A DNA stretch of 64,000 nt. Origin: Rubripirellula sp. Its GTDB lineage: Bacteria > Planctomycetota > Planctomycetia > Pirellulales > Pirellulaceae. Under the pieces are notes generated by a model that was given only the letters and a program-made list of their open reading frames with translations, had not been told where the DNA came from and did no database searches. The stretch lies in NCBI GenBank assembly GCA_965216875.1, contig OZ244207.1, positions 6,496,001 to 6,560,000 of the forward strand, given 5' to 3'. A program made the position numbers and the translations under genes. Positions 19,899-29,550 of this stretch are shown here, piece by piece; the stretch's first letter is position 1; each line of letters begins with the position of its first letter.

Positions 19899-21716
19899 CT
19901 AAAGCTTAGGCAGATCGATCACACCATTCCATGTATCGGGCGGCACACGGTTGTGTCGCAAGATCGTAGCCAACAAAGCATCCTTGGGGCGATCCCAAGC
20001 GGGCAAGGCGTGAAGTTTTTCGTACGCATCGTTCCAACGTCCGGCGATAAGGTCATCGAGACTTTGTTCGTAGGCCAAGATCTGTTGATCCGAAAGAACG
20101 GGGCCCTCGTTTTCTGGTGACAGCAGTTCAAAGATGTCGACTGGCGTGTCCAAGCCCGCTGGGCGAACGCGCGCGAGTCGGCGAGTTCGAAAACGCTCGT
20201 CATTCGAATCGGCAATGGCTTTGGCTGTGGCTTCATCAAGGATCACTTCGGATCCGAAATTTTTCGTGACCCCTTCAAGACGACTGGCCAAGTTGACCAC
20301 CGGGCCGAACGCCGTCACTTTCACTTGGTCAACGGTACCGATTCGCCCCGCGACCGCTTGTCCGGTTGCGATGCCGATCCCGCAATGAAAGCCCTCGTCG
20401 GCCGCAGCATCGTGATTGCTTTGACGTATCTTCATTGCTGCCATCGCAGCACGAATGGCGGAATCAGACTGTTCGAGCGGCCAGCCCCAAAAACCCATTG
20501 CCGCATCGCCGTGAAAGTCGCCAATCACGCCACCCGTATCAAGGATGTGACGCGTCATGACGCCGAGCGCGTCGCTGACAAACTCCAACAACTCGAGCAA
20601 GTGACTCGCGTCGCGTTCGCTACGCCTTGAAAAGCCACGCAAGTCGCAGAACATCACTGATAGTTCGGCAACGCGCGGTTCCAAAACGGCATCGGTGTCG
20701 CGTCCGGCCAGAGCTTGCATCACCACCGGTGCAAAGAAATGCCGAATAGCAGCTTGCCGTCGTTCCAAACGCCGGCTTTGACGAAGGTTTGCAATGGTTG
20801 TGCCAACGAGTTCCGCAAACTTGACATCGTCCTGAAGCTCATCCGGCACAGCCTGCAACGACTTGCTGACGTCAAAGCCGGGTGTCGACATCAATTGCCC
20901 GGTGACATACAGGGCCCAGCCAGGACACGCCTCGCTGCGCAAGGGAACGCAAAAGGCCCAGTCAGCATCTTCACTCGCCGTGTAGGTCGAAAGGTCGTGT
21001 CGAATACCCGTCCACACGTTCAAGACGCTCTCGCGTTTTTCAACCGCACCACGAACAAGCTTCGCACTGACCGGCGGCCCTTCGCTTCCCGGTACGCGGC
21101 TGTCGTAGTGCAGAATCTCCACTTCCTGTTCATCAAGTGAAGGTTGATCGACTGAACGTTCCGATCCAATCGATTCGGGCCCAACGGAGACGATGGCAAC
21201 GGCCGATGCCGACGGCGTTGCTTGCAGCAGCACACCCGTCACACGAACAAGCAACTCTTCGTCACTTCCGCTGCTGGTGATCAAGTCGGGCAGTCGGCTG
21301 AGCATTTCGATGCGGCCGGCTGCGTCCCGGAAATGACGTCGCCGAAGGATCGAAAGGTCGTAAGCGTGCTCGGTCACTTCACCAGCGGCGGATGAGTCTG
21401 ATGCGCCCGGTCGATTGGCGAGGGTGAAGGTGGTGTGCCCAATCACAAAGTGCTCGCCGGCCACCATCACGAATTGCGCCGACTTTTCGCCTCGATGGAA
21501 GACCGAGTTTCGTGCCGAGGGCATGCAACTGACGCGAACACGGTCGCCGGACAATGGCGTCAGCCGCACATGGGCGCGCGAGATCATCGAGTCCCAAGGG
21601 ACATTCCAATCAGCGTCGGCTCGTCCAAGGATCACTTCAGCCCCCGAAGTTGCATCGGGCAATTCTCGGCGCCAGCGGTTTTCGTGGGCTGGTCCCTGTG
21701 CGATCAAGTCGGGCAT
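19899..21716 (-). CDS. FHA-GAF-class III nucleotidyl cyclase (start MPDLIAQ)
   Basis: FHA (ILGR...MISRAH); cyclase motifs VMFCDLRGFS, GDFHGDAAMGFWG, GIGIATG, GPVVNLASRLEG. Confidence 0.88.
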   Translation of the reverse strand: MPDLIAQGPAHENRWRRELPDATSGAEVILGRADADWNVPWDSMISRAHVRLTPLSGDRVRVSCMPSARNSVFHRGEKSAQFVMVAGEHFVIGHTTFTLANRPGASDSSAAGEVTEHAYDLSILRRRHFRDAAGRIEMLSRLPDLITSSGSDEELLVRVTGVLLQATPSASAVAIVSVGPESIGSERSVDQPSLDEQEVEILHYDSRVPGSEGPPVSAKLVRGAVEKRESVLNVWTGIRHDLSTYTASEDADWAFCVPLRSEACPGWALYVTGQLMSTPGFDVSKSLQAVPDELQDDVKFAELVGTTIANLRQSRRLERRQAAIRHFFAPVVMQALAGRDTDAVLEPRVAELSVMFCDLRGFSRRSERDASHLLELLEFVSDALGVMTRHILDTGGVIGDFHGDAAMGFWGWPLEQSDSAIRAAMAAMKIRQSNHDAAADEGFHCGIGIATGQAVAGRIGTVDQVKVTAFGPVVNLASRLEGVTKNFGSEVILDEATAKAIADSNDERFRTRRLARVRPAGLDTPVDIFELLSPENEGPVLSDQQILAYEQSLDDLIAGRWNDAYEKLHALPAWDRPKDALLATILRHNRVPPDTWNGVIDLPKL

Positions 21717-21937
21717 GAACGGTCGGTTTGGTAGACGCGATGAATGGTGGATCCCTTTCCCTCGGAGGTGGAAGCGAATCCGGAACGATCGAAGCGAACG
21801 AGTCCCGCGAAACGAGCGTGAAACACGGATTTTACATCGTACATCATTCAAACCCCATCGGAGGGCCAAACTGATCTGGACACTCCACCCCCTGAAAAGC
21901 GAAAGAGAGCTATCACGTACCCGAAAGCCCAGCAACC

Positions 21938-22471
21938 ATGACGCAAGAGCAAAGCCGCTACTCCAATCTTCGCGACAGCTTCACCGCACTTCGCGAGTTT
22001 ATCGTCGTTGTCGCGATGCTTTCGTTGTTGTTTGTGCCTGGACGTGTTCGCGCCGTGCTTGACGATGCGGGGATCCGGTCGCTCGCCGGCGTCGAGTTCG
22101 ATACCCAAGAATTGGAAAAGTCCGAGCGGGCCGTCGAAGATGCGCAGCGTAACGTCGCCAAGTTGCGACGAGAGCTTTCGATTGTCAAAGATTCGCTCTT
22201 CCAGGCCAAGCAAACCCAAGGGATTCAGGCTCGCTTTGATTTGGAAGATGCGTTTGCGCACCTCGATACGGCTCAACGCGAAATCATCGAGACTGAAGCA
22301 AACTTGAATCAGTGTGCCGAGACGAACCTCAATATCTTGCAGCGGCACGGCATCAACCGAGAGCAGAAAGCGATCGCGCAGCAATCCTACGAAGTGCCGT
22401 TTGATCTCGATCATGATCATCCAACGCAACCCTATTCGACCAAGCTCGACGACGCGTTGTTGCAACGCTAG
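21938..22471 (+). CDS. Hypothetical TM + coiled-coil protein
   Basis: N-terminal hydrophobic helix followed by a heptad-rich segment; fills the gap between neighbours. Confidence 0.6.
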   Translation: MTQEQSRYSNLRDSFTALREFIVVVAMLSLLFVPGRVRAVLDDAGIRSLAGVEFDTQELEKSERAVEDAQRNVAKLRRELSIVKDSLFQAKQTQGIQARFDLEDAFAHLDTAQREIIETEANLNQCAETNLNILQRHGINREQKAIAQQSYEVPFDLDHDHPTQPYSTKLDDALLQR

Positions 22472-23736
22472 GCGGATTGCGAGGCAGAAGTCTCGGTCGC
22501 CGCAATGGCAGCAGCGCGGCCGGTGCTGAATGCCGCCTGGAAATTGAAGCCGCCGATCGGTCCGTCAACGTCCAGGACTTCACCGGCAATGTAAAGTCCG
22601 TCGGCAAGACGACTGGCCATCGTCTTTGAGTCCACTTCATTCAGGGCGACACCACCTGCGGTCACTTCCGCTTTCTCGAAGCCTTTGGTTCCGCTGATCG
22701 GCAGTTCAAGACGCTTGAGCTGTTCGGCTAACTTGTGAGCCGACTTGCTGGATAATTCCGCAAGTGTCGTCTGAGGCGTCAGACGTTGGTCGCCGACCGA
22801 GCCAACGACCGCATCGATGACCCGTTTGGGCAGGCTTTCGGAAAGCAGTGTCGACAGTCTTCTCTTCCCTGCTTCACCCTCTCGCTGCTGAAACTGTTGT
22901 TGCAACTGCTCGTGGCTGATGGAGGGGACTAAATCAACGGTCAAGCGAACGTCGCCAAACGAACGGGCTGCCGTGATCGCACCGGAAACATCCATCGCGG
23001 CTGGCCCCGAGAATCCAAAGTGCGTGAACAGCCACGAAGACTCACGCTGAGCCAACTCTTTTTTCCCCTTTCCTTTTCCCACCGGCCGAACGGTTGCAAC
23101 CACGTTGTCGAGCGTGATGCCGGAAAGGTCATGCGTCCACGGAAAGCCACCCACCAGCGGAACGAGCGCCGGGCGCGGAGGCACAATCGTATGCCCTACA
23201 CGGCGGAGCCAATCGTAAGCATCGCCGGTCGTACCGCATCCCGGCCAGCTCTTGCCTCCAGACGTGATGATTAACCGGTCACAGGTCAGCGTTTCTTCGT
23301 CGAGCGACACATTCCATTGATGGTTCTGGTGTGCGATACCGCGCACAGGACAATCGCGCCGTAGTTGGACGCCGCAGTCGACGGCCTGTTGGTGAAGTGC
23401 ATCACGGACGTGAAGAGCACGGTCGCTCTGGGGAAAGATCTTTCCGGTCGATTCGATTTTGGTTGGCACGCCCAGCCGCGAAAACATGTCGACAACGGCG
23501 TCGGGAGGAAAGCCGCCAACGCTCGGTTGAAGGAAGCGTCCCGCTTTTCCAAACGCCTTTGTAATCCCCCTCGCATCGGTGTTCTGCGTCAAATTGCAGC
23601 GTGTGCCACCCGACATCAAGATTTTGACGCCCGTCTTGGGATTCTTTTCGAGCAGGGTCACACGAGCGGACCGTTTGGCGGCTTCGGCGGCCGCGACCAG
23701 ACCAGCGGCTCCCGCACCAACAACAATAATGTGCAC
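22468..23736 (-). CDS. HI0933/YhiN/BaiN-family flavoprotein
   Basis: GAGAAG, KILMSGGTRCNLT, SGGKSWPGCGTTGD, LFTHFGFSGP, VTAGGV, GEVLDVDGPIGGFNFQAAFSTG. Confidence 0.92.
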   Translation of the reverse strand: MHIIVVGAGAAGLVAAAEAAKRSARVTLLEKNPKTGVKILMSGGTRCNLTQNTDARGITKAFGKAGRFLQPSVGGFPPDAVVDMFSRLGVPTKIESTGKIFPQSDRALHVRDALHQQAVDCGVQLRRDCPVRGIAHQNHQWNVSLDEETLTCDRLIITSGGKSWPGCGTTGDAYDWLRRVGHTIVPPRPALVPLVGGFPWTHDLSGITLDNVVATVRPVGKGKGKKELAQRESSWLFTHFGFSGPAAMDVSGAITAARSFGDVRLTVDLVPSISHEQLQQQFQQREGEAGKRRLSTLLSESLPKRVIDAVVGSVGDQRLTPQTTLAELSSKSAHKLAEQLKRLELPISGTKGFEKAEVTAGGVALNEVDSKTMASRLADGLYIAGEVLDVDGPIGGFNFQAAFSTGRAAAIAATETSASQSA

Positions 23737-23902
23737 TAAATCCCTTTATTCCGTACCATCGTTAATTGCGACAATTTTATCCTTGCCCCTATGCAAAACT
23801 GTAGTGAATATCGATTGATAAGTAAGACGCAAGCGCCCGAGGTGGATAAGGAAGAGTAGCCTCGAGTGCAGCCATTCGAAAACGCATGCGTTCGACGTCA
23901 TT

Positions 23903-25012
23903 ATGTCTACAGCTCAAAATACCCTTCCGGAAAAAAAGTCATTCTCCTTCGCTGAAGCTCGCAGTCTGATAGGAGATCTGAATCGGCCTAATCCTGTGAT
24001 CTACTGGACCGATTTCTTGGTTTCCATTCTGATCGGACACGCGGCCATCACCACGATGGACGTTCTCATCCGTCGCTATCCGGATGTACCTTGGCTCGTA
24101 CCCGCTGTCATTGCGTTGTACGTCACGACGGTGATCGCCTATATGCGGTCATTGATGTTCATTCACGAGCTGATCCATCTGCCCAAGGGCAAGTTCCTGG
24201 GTTTCCGTTTCATCTGGAACGCGCTCTGCGGGATTCTGTTCTTCGTGCCGTCGTTCTTGTACTACCCGCACGTTGATCATCATCGACGCAAGCACTACGG
24301 GACGGAACATGACGGCGAATACTTGGCGCTCAGCCACAACGGTCGGTGGATGATCGTCGGCTTCATTGTGCAGGCGCTCGTGATTCCATTCCTGGGTCTG
24401 GCGAGATTCTTGATCATCAGTCCGATTTGTTGGGTGATTCCGGGTGCACGACGTTGGGTGCATATTCACGCATCGACCATGCTGGTTGATCCGACCTACG
24501 AACGTAAGGATGCCAATCCAAAGTTGATGCGTACCGTCGTCCTGCAGGAAGTCTTCTGTTTTGCGTGGTGCGTCTTCTTTATCTGCCGCGGCCGGATTCT
24601 CTTTGGTCACTGGCTCGACCAATTCCTATTGATCGCCTACTGCGTCGGAGTCGGTTTGCTGGTACTCAATGAACTGCGAACGCTTGGCGCGCACCGGTGG
24701 ACGAACGTCGAAGGCGAAATGACCTTCGAAGAACAACTCTTGGATTCGGTCAACTATCCCAACAACGGATGGATCACCGAGATCTGGGGACCGGTCGGGA
24801 CGCGTTACCACGCTCTGCATCACTTGTTCCCCAGCCTGCCGTACCACAACTTGCCAGAAGCACACCGACGCCTTAGCGAAGGGTTGCCGGCCGAGTCGCC
24901 TTATCACAAGACATCGGCCAAGAGTTTGACCAGCGAGATCATGGCACTGTGGAAACGGGCTGCAAAACAGCGCAAGGAAAAGTCATCCACCGTTGACTTG
25001 CAGCATTCCTAA
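23903..25012 (+). CDS. Membrane fatty-acid desaturase family protein
   Basis: Three His boxes HELIH, HVDHH, HALHH plus TM helices. Confidence 0.88.
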   Translation: MSTAQNTLPEKKSFSFAEARSLIGDLNRPNPVIYWTDFLVSILIGHAAITTMDVLIRRYPDVPWLVPAVIALYVTTVIAYMRSLMFIHELIHLPKGKFLGFRFIWNALCGILFFVPSFLYYPHVDHHRRKHYGTEHDGEYLALSHNGRWMIVGFIVQALVIPFLGLARFLIISPICWVIPGARRWVHIHASTMLVDPTYERKDANPKLMRTVVLQEVFCFAWCVFFICRGRILFGHWLDQFLLIAYCVGVGLLVLNELRTLGAHRWTNVEGEMTFEEQLLDSVNYPNNGWITEIWGPVGTRYHALHHLFPSLPYHNLPEAHRRLSEGLPAESPYHKTSAKSLTSEIMALWKRAAKQRKEKSSTVDLQHS

Positions 25013-25050
25013 CGCAGTTTGCAGTGAGCCGAACGCGCAAGTTAACGCGA

Positions 25051-25181
25051 GCTCCAACAATCACCCTCCCGCTTGCGGGAGGGTCGGACGCAAAATCCGG
25101 GGAGGGAATCCATACAAACCCTCTCCGTGCCTTAGAGCCCGACTCTCCCAAGGGAGAGTGTTAACATGCGGACTTTCGAAG
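25051..25181 (+). repeat. Palindromic repeat family A, copy 2
   Basis: Near-identical to 9786-9920. Confidence 0.92.
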
Positions 25182-25206
25182 TGAGCCCTTCTTCCCTAGT
25201 TCTAGC

Positions 25207-25283
25207 TAGCCACGCTCGTCAGCGAGTGGTGGTTGTGGAAAGCGGTCAATCGATGAAAACCACCTTCAGGCGAAGCTAGCGAC
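25207..25283 (+). repeat. Degenerate REP doublet, family C
   Basis: TAGCCACGCTCG..GAGTGG ... CCACCTTCAGGCGAAGCTAGCGAC; TAGCCACGCTCG recurs at 30709. Confidence 0.55.
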
Positions 25284-25328
25284 GGCACGAGATGACGTGC
25301 ATGACTTCTCGGCTTGCAGCATATCGAA

Positions 25329-25370
25329 CATGCCGGATCCGCGTCGCTGCCGCTCCTCGATCCGGCCTAC
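25329..25370 (-). repeat. GTAG-type REP, family D
   Basis: Minus strand GTAGGCCGGATCGAGGAGCGGCAGCGACGCGGATCCGGCATG; second copy at 30752-30793. Confidence 0.8.
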
Positions 25371-26326
25371 ACTGCCAAACCGCCAGTGCGGAAGAAACGT
25401 CGCCGAATCCACCAGACGAACCCGAGTCCTGGCAAGATCATTGTCAGCAGCCACGGTGTCACTGCGATCAATCCGACCACCATGTCTTGGGCAAAGCGTG
25501 AAAGGTCGGCCACCGAACCATTCCATGAGGAAGAGGCTCGTGACGAAAACGTCGGTGCAGCCGCTGGTTGGTACTCTTTCTGTTCACGGCATCGAATCGT
25601 GATCGTGGCGAGGCTTGTTCGGTCCTTGAGGTAACGGATTCGGCCTTCCATCCGCTCGATTTCTTCACGGACGCGAGACAGCTCTCGTTCGATTTCCAAG
25701 ACGTCAGCCAATTTGCCGCTTCGCTCCTGCAACATTTCGACGATCCGGCCTTCGAGCGTGCGTTTATTCTTGATTCGAGCTTCGATGTCGACGAATTCTT
25801 CAGTCACATCTTGGGCGTTTTCACTTCTTGATTCAGCGAAGCCCAACGCGCTGATCCCACTCAAGAATCCACTGTACTGGCTCGCGGGAACACGTACCGT
25901 CCAAGTTCCCGATTGTTGATCTTGATAGCGACGATCGGTGTTGGAGCTGGCGACAAATCCACCGTATTGCTCGACCAAGGTCGGTAACTGGGATTCGAAT
26001 CCTTTGTAGTCGTCGACCACCAAGCCAATCGTTGTGTTGTAAATGATCTTGCGGTTGCTTGCCGCTTGCTCCGTTTTTCGCGGCTGGTCGTCGCTTGCTG
26101 TCGCGTCAGCAGCTTGAGTCGCGAATCGAACGGCACCCTTAGTCACGGCGGTCGGCAGGCTATCGACCACAGCCTCCTCGATGATCGCTTCCGATTTGGG
26201 AAAGGATTCGGCGGGCATCATGTCGGTCGACACCGCGACGTATTCGCTTCCGCATCCAACGACAAAAACGAGTAACCCGATGACACAGAGCGTGTTTGAG
26301 GAACGTTGCGAAGTTTTGCGTGACAT
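25367..26326 (-). CDS. DUF4349-domain lipoprotein (start MSRKTSQ)
   Basis: Lipobox VVGC, RKIIYN, TVRVP, QDVTEEFVD, LEIERELSRVREEIE, C-terminal TM. Confidence 0.85.
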   Translation of the reverse strand: MSRKTSQRSSNTLCVIGLLVFVVGCGSEYVAVSTDMMPAESFPKSEAIIEEAVVDSLPTAVTKGAVRFATQAADATASDDQPRKTEQAASNRKIIYNTTIGLVVDDYKGFESQLPTLVEQYGGFVASSNTDRRYQDQQSGTWTVRVPASQYSGFLSGISALGFAESRSENAQDVTEEFVDIEARIKNKRTLEGRIVEMLQERSGKLADVLEIERELSRVREEIERMEGRIRYLKDRTSLATITIRCREQKEYQPAAAPTFSSRASSSWNGSVADLSRFAQDMVVGLIAVTPWLLTMILPGLGFVWWIRRRFFRTGGLAV

Positions 26327-26435
26327 CAGGCTTGCTTTGCTACGAGGAAGGTGGCGTTGCAAGTACGACGACGCAGCCAACGGTTCGGATTTGACTTTTG
26401 TCAAAAAAGTTCCGTGAGCTCGAAAGGGTGTGGAT

Positions 26436-28241
26436 CTACACCAGATTGTCCAAGATCGAAGCCTGATTCAGGTGCAGTGAAAATGGGTTCGTATCGCTGT
26501 CAGAATGGAGCCGAACCCGCTCGCCGAGCTTCGTTTGGTCTAACGGAATCGCTGCCGCAGATTCGACGGCCGGTCCGAGCCTGACCATGACGTTCCCGCA
26601 TGAAGTTCCGTTGTCGTAGTGCAAGGCATACAAGCCTTGTTCGATATCGGTTTCCACCCGCAGGTGTTGGTCATCAAGAAGGCCCCTGCCGATCCATTGC
26701 TTTCGGATCGAGAGCAAGTCTTGGTACCAGCGTCGCAGTTCGGCGCTGCCATCGGTCGCGCAACCGATTTTCGACTCACTATAGGCTTTGGCATCGACCG
26801 GCAGGATCCCGCTCGACCAATCGTGTTGCGGGTATTCGCGTCGACGCCCTTCGACCACCGCGTCGCGCAGAGCGGCGTCACCAAAATCGACAAAGAAGCG
26901 AAACGGGTTTTCACACGCAAACTCTTCGCCCATGAATAGCATGGGGATCGCAGGCGAAAGCAGCAGCAAAGCGGCGGCAGCTTTTTGAGTATCAAGGGAT
27001 GTCAGTTGGTGGAATCGTTTTCCGAGCGGGTGGTTGCCAATGAAGTCGTGGTTTTGGATGGAGTAAATCATTGGGTGAGTGTCAACACGCTCGCCCTTCT
27101 CTACTCTTCCGCGTTGACGGTGCAGCGTGCCCTCGTAGACAAAGCCCATGTGCATTGTCTGGTGAAGGTCGCTGCCAGTTTCATAGCTGCGATGGCAAAG
27201 CTGTTCGCCGGGACGCACGACCGCAAAGACGCTGTGCAGAAAGTCGTCGCACCATTGAGCATCAAAGCCGACACCCCCTTCTGACGCAGGGCGAATCATT
27301 TCCGGATCGTAGACGTTCGATTCTGCGATCAGAGCGGCGGGGCGTTTGTTGTGCTTTGACCATTGGTTAACCGCTTCGGCGATTTCATACGCGACATGTG
27401 TTGGACTGTCGTCGCACATGCAGTGGATAGCATCGACACGTAGAGCGTCGAGGTGGTATTCGTCAAACCAGTGGATCGCGTTGGCGATAAAGAAATCACG
27501 CACCGCGCGCTCGTTCGATGCTCCATCAAGGTTGGGTGCGTCGCCCCAGGGTGTCGCATGCTTGTCCGAAAAATAGTCGCCCCAATGCCCAAGGTAGTTT
27601 CCCTCGGGGCCAAGGTGGTTGTAGACGACGTCCAAAACGACCGCCAAGCCTTTGGCGTGAGCGGCGTCAACAAGGGACTTCATCGCATGGGGTGTGCCAA
27701 AGTTTTCAGTGGGCGCAAACAAGCTGACGCCGTCATAGCCCCAGTTCCAACGACCTGCCGACGCGGCGACCGGCATGAGTTCGATCGCGGTCACACCGAG
27801 GTCAACAAGTTCGTCCAACCGTTTGATCGCTGCGTCAAACGTTCCACCCTCGGTGAAAGTGCCGATGTGCAGTTCGTAGATGACCCATTCACGCAGTCCA
27901 ATCCCTTTCCAATCTCGGTCGGACCACGGAAACTCGCGGGCGATGACTTCGCTCGCTTGGTGAACCCCCACCGGTTGGAACCTCGAGGCCGGATCGGGTC
28001 GCCAAGTCCCGCCGCCGTCGCCAATGAAATAGCGGTCACCGGCGCGCACGCCGTCAAATTCGCCCGAGTGAAAGCCGCCCGCTTCTTGTGTTAACGCAAG
28101 TTGCAGATTCCGCTCGGGGATTTGCACATAAAGCTGTTCATGCGCTGGCGCCCAAATCCGAAAGCGACACCGGTTGTCATCGACTTGGACGGCGCCGAAG
28201 TGTCGATTCAGTTCATGGGGCGGGAAGGTCGGGAGATTCAT
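26436..28241 (-). CDS. treZ: Malto-oligosyltrehalose trehalohydrolase (GH13)
   Basis: FRIWAP, PDPASRFQP.GVH, IYELHIGTFT, WGYDGV, DVVYNHLGPEGNY, LRVDAIH, QNHD, PMLFMGEE. Confidence 0.9.
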   Translation of the reverse strand: MNLPTFPPHELNRHFGAVQVDDNRCRFRIWAPAHEQLYVQIPERNLQLALTQEAGGFHSGEFDGVRAGDRYFIGDGGGTWRPDPASRFQPVGVHQASEVIAREFPWSDRDWKGIGLREWVIYELHIGTFTEGGTFDAAIKRLDELVDLGVTAIELMPVAASAGRWNWGYDGVSLFAPTENFGTPHAMKSLVDAAHAKGLAVVLDVVYNHLGPEGNYLGHWGDYFSDKHATPWGDAPNLDGASNERAVRDFFIANAIHWFDEYHLDALRVDAIHCMCDDSPTHVAYEIAEAVNQWSKHNKRPAALIAESNVYDPEMIRPASEGGVGFDAQWCDDFLHSVFAVVRPGEQLCHRSYETGSDLHQTMHMGFVYEGTLHRQRGRVEKGERVDTHPMIYSIQNHDFIGNHPLGKRFHQLTSLDTQKAAAALLLLSPAIPMLFMGEEFACENPFRFFVDFGDAALRDAVVEGRRREYPQHDWSSGILPVDAKAYSESKIGCATDGSAELRRWYQDLLSIRKQWIGRGLLDDQHLRVETDIEQGLYALHYDNGTSCGNVMVRLGPAVESAAAIPLDQTKLGERVRLHSDSDTNPFSLHLNQASILDNLV

Positions 28242-28320
28242 GGGCGTCCAGGTTCGGCCGAGGAGTCGTTAAACTGAATACCCACACCTTCGAGTTTCTG
28301 ATGTTGTCAGGCAATCCCTC

Positions 28321-29544
28321 ATGAAATCGATACTGACAAAGGCGACGGCGACGTTTGGACAGTTTCTGGTCCTTTGTGGTCTGCTCGCGATGCCAAAGTA
28401 CAGCGAGGCGGATGAAGCCGTTCGCGCACTGCGGATCGCGACCTACAACGCTTCGCTTTATGGCGACAAGTCAGGCCAGGTCCTCAAGCGATTGCGCACT
28501 GGAAAGGATCCACAAGCAAGCAAAGTCGCAACGATCGTACAAACGGTTCGCCCCGATATCCTGCTGATCAACGAAATCGATTACGAAGCTGACGGTGCGG
28601 TCGCCGACACGTTGGCACAAAAGTACTTTGCGGTCTCGCGCGGCGGCCAAAAGGCCATTCACTATCCCCATGTTCTGGCGATCCCAAGCAATACCGGTAT
28701 CGATTCGGGATTGGACCTCAACCGTAACGGGCAATTGAAGGAACCCAATGATGCCTGGGGATATGGAACGTACCCTGGTCAATACGCGATGGCGGTGTTC
28801 AGCCGTTTTCCAATCGACGAGGAAAACCTGCGTACCTTCCAAAAGTTCCTATGGAACGAAATGCCGAGTGCCCTGCGACCGGTCGATCCCAAAACAGGAC
28901 AGCCTTATTACGCCGACGCTGTTTGGTCGGAGTTGCGGTTGTCGAGCAAGAATCACGCTGACGTTCCCGTCAAGGTTGATGGGCAATCGATTCACATATT
29001 GGCAAGTCATCCGACTCCGCCAGTTTTTGACGGCGACGAAGATCGCAATGGTTGTCGCAACCACGATGAGATCCGTTTTTGGGTTGAGTATCTGAACGCC
29101 AAAGCCGATTACCTAGTTGATGATGGTGGAGTTTCGGGTGGACTGAATCAAAAAGCGTCGTTTGTGATCATGGGGGATCTGAATTCGGATCCCGAGGCGG
29201 GTGATTCGCGTCGCGAAGCCATTGAGTCGTTGATCAAACACCCGCGCGTGACCGATCCTCAGCCAACAAGTGAGGGTGGAGCCGAGCTGCCGCAAAGCTC
29301 TTTCACGGGCGATCCGGCCAGACACACGGCGCAATTCGGACGAAACCGATCCATGCGTATCGACTATGTCTTGCCTAGTCGTCAGCTCAAGTTGATCGAC
29401 AGTGGAGTCTTTTGGCCCAAGCGGCAATCGCCACAGTACGGATTGATCGAAGCGAGTGACCATCGCATGGTTTGGATCGATATTGCCCTTCCCTCTTCGG
29501 CCATTCCGCAACCGTCCAACCCGAAACAGTCCGACCAGCAATAG
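28321..29544 (+). CDS. Secreted endonuclease/exonuclease/phosphatase family protein
   Basis: RIATYNASL, LLINEID, SHPTPPVFDG, MGDLNSD, RIDYVLPS, ASDHRMVW. Confidence 0.88.
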   Translation: MKSILTKATATFGQFLVLCGLLAMPKYSEADEAVRALRIATYNASLYGDKSGQVLKRLRTGKDPQASKVATIVQTVRPDILLINEIDYEADGAVADTLAQKYFAVSRGGQKAIHYPHVLAIPSNTGIDSGLDLNRNGQLKEPNDAWGYGTYPGQYAMAVFSRFPIDEENLRTFQKFLWNEMPSALRPVDPKTGQPYYADAVWSELRLSSKNHADVPVKVDGQSIHILASHPTPPVFDGDEDRNGCRNHDEIRFWVEYLNAKADYLVDDGGVSGGLNQKASFVIMGDLNSDPEAGDSRREAIESLIKHPRVTDPQPTSEGGAELPQSSFTGDPARHTAQFGRNRSMRIDYVLPSRQLKLIDSGVFWPKRQSPQYGLIEASDHRMVWIDIALPSSAIPQPSNPKQSDQQ

Positions 29545-29550
29545 ACAGAT

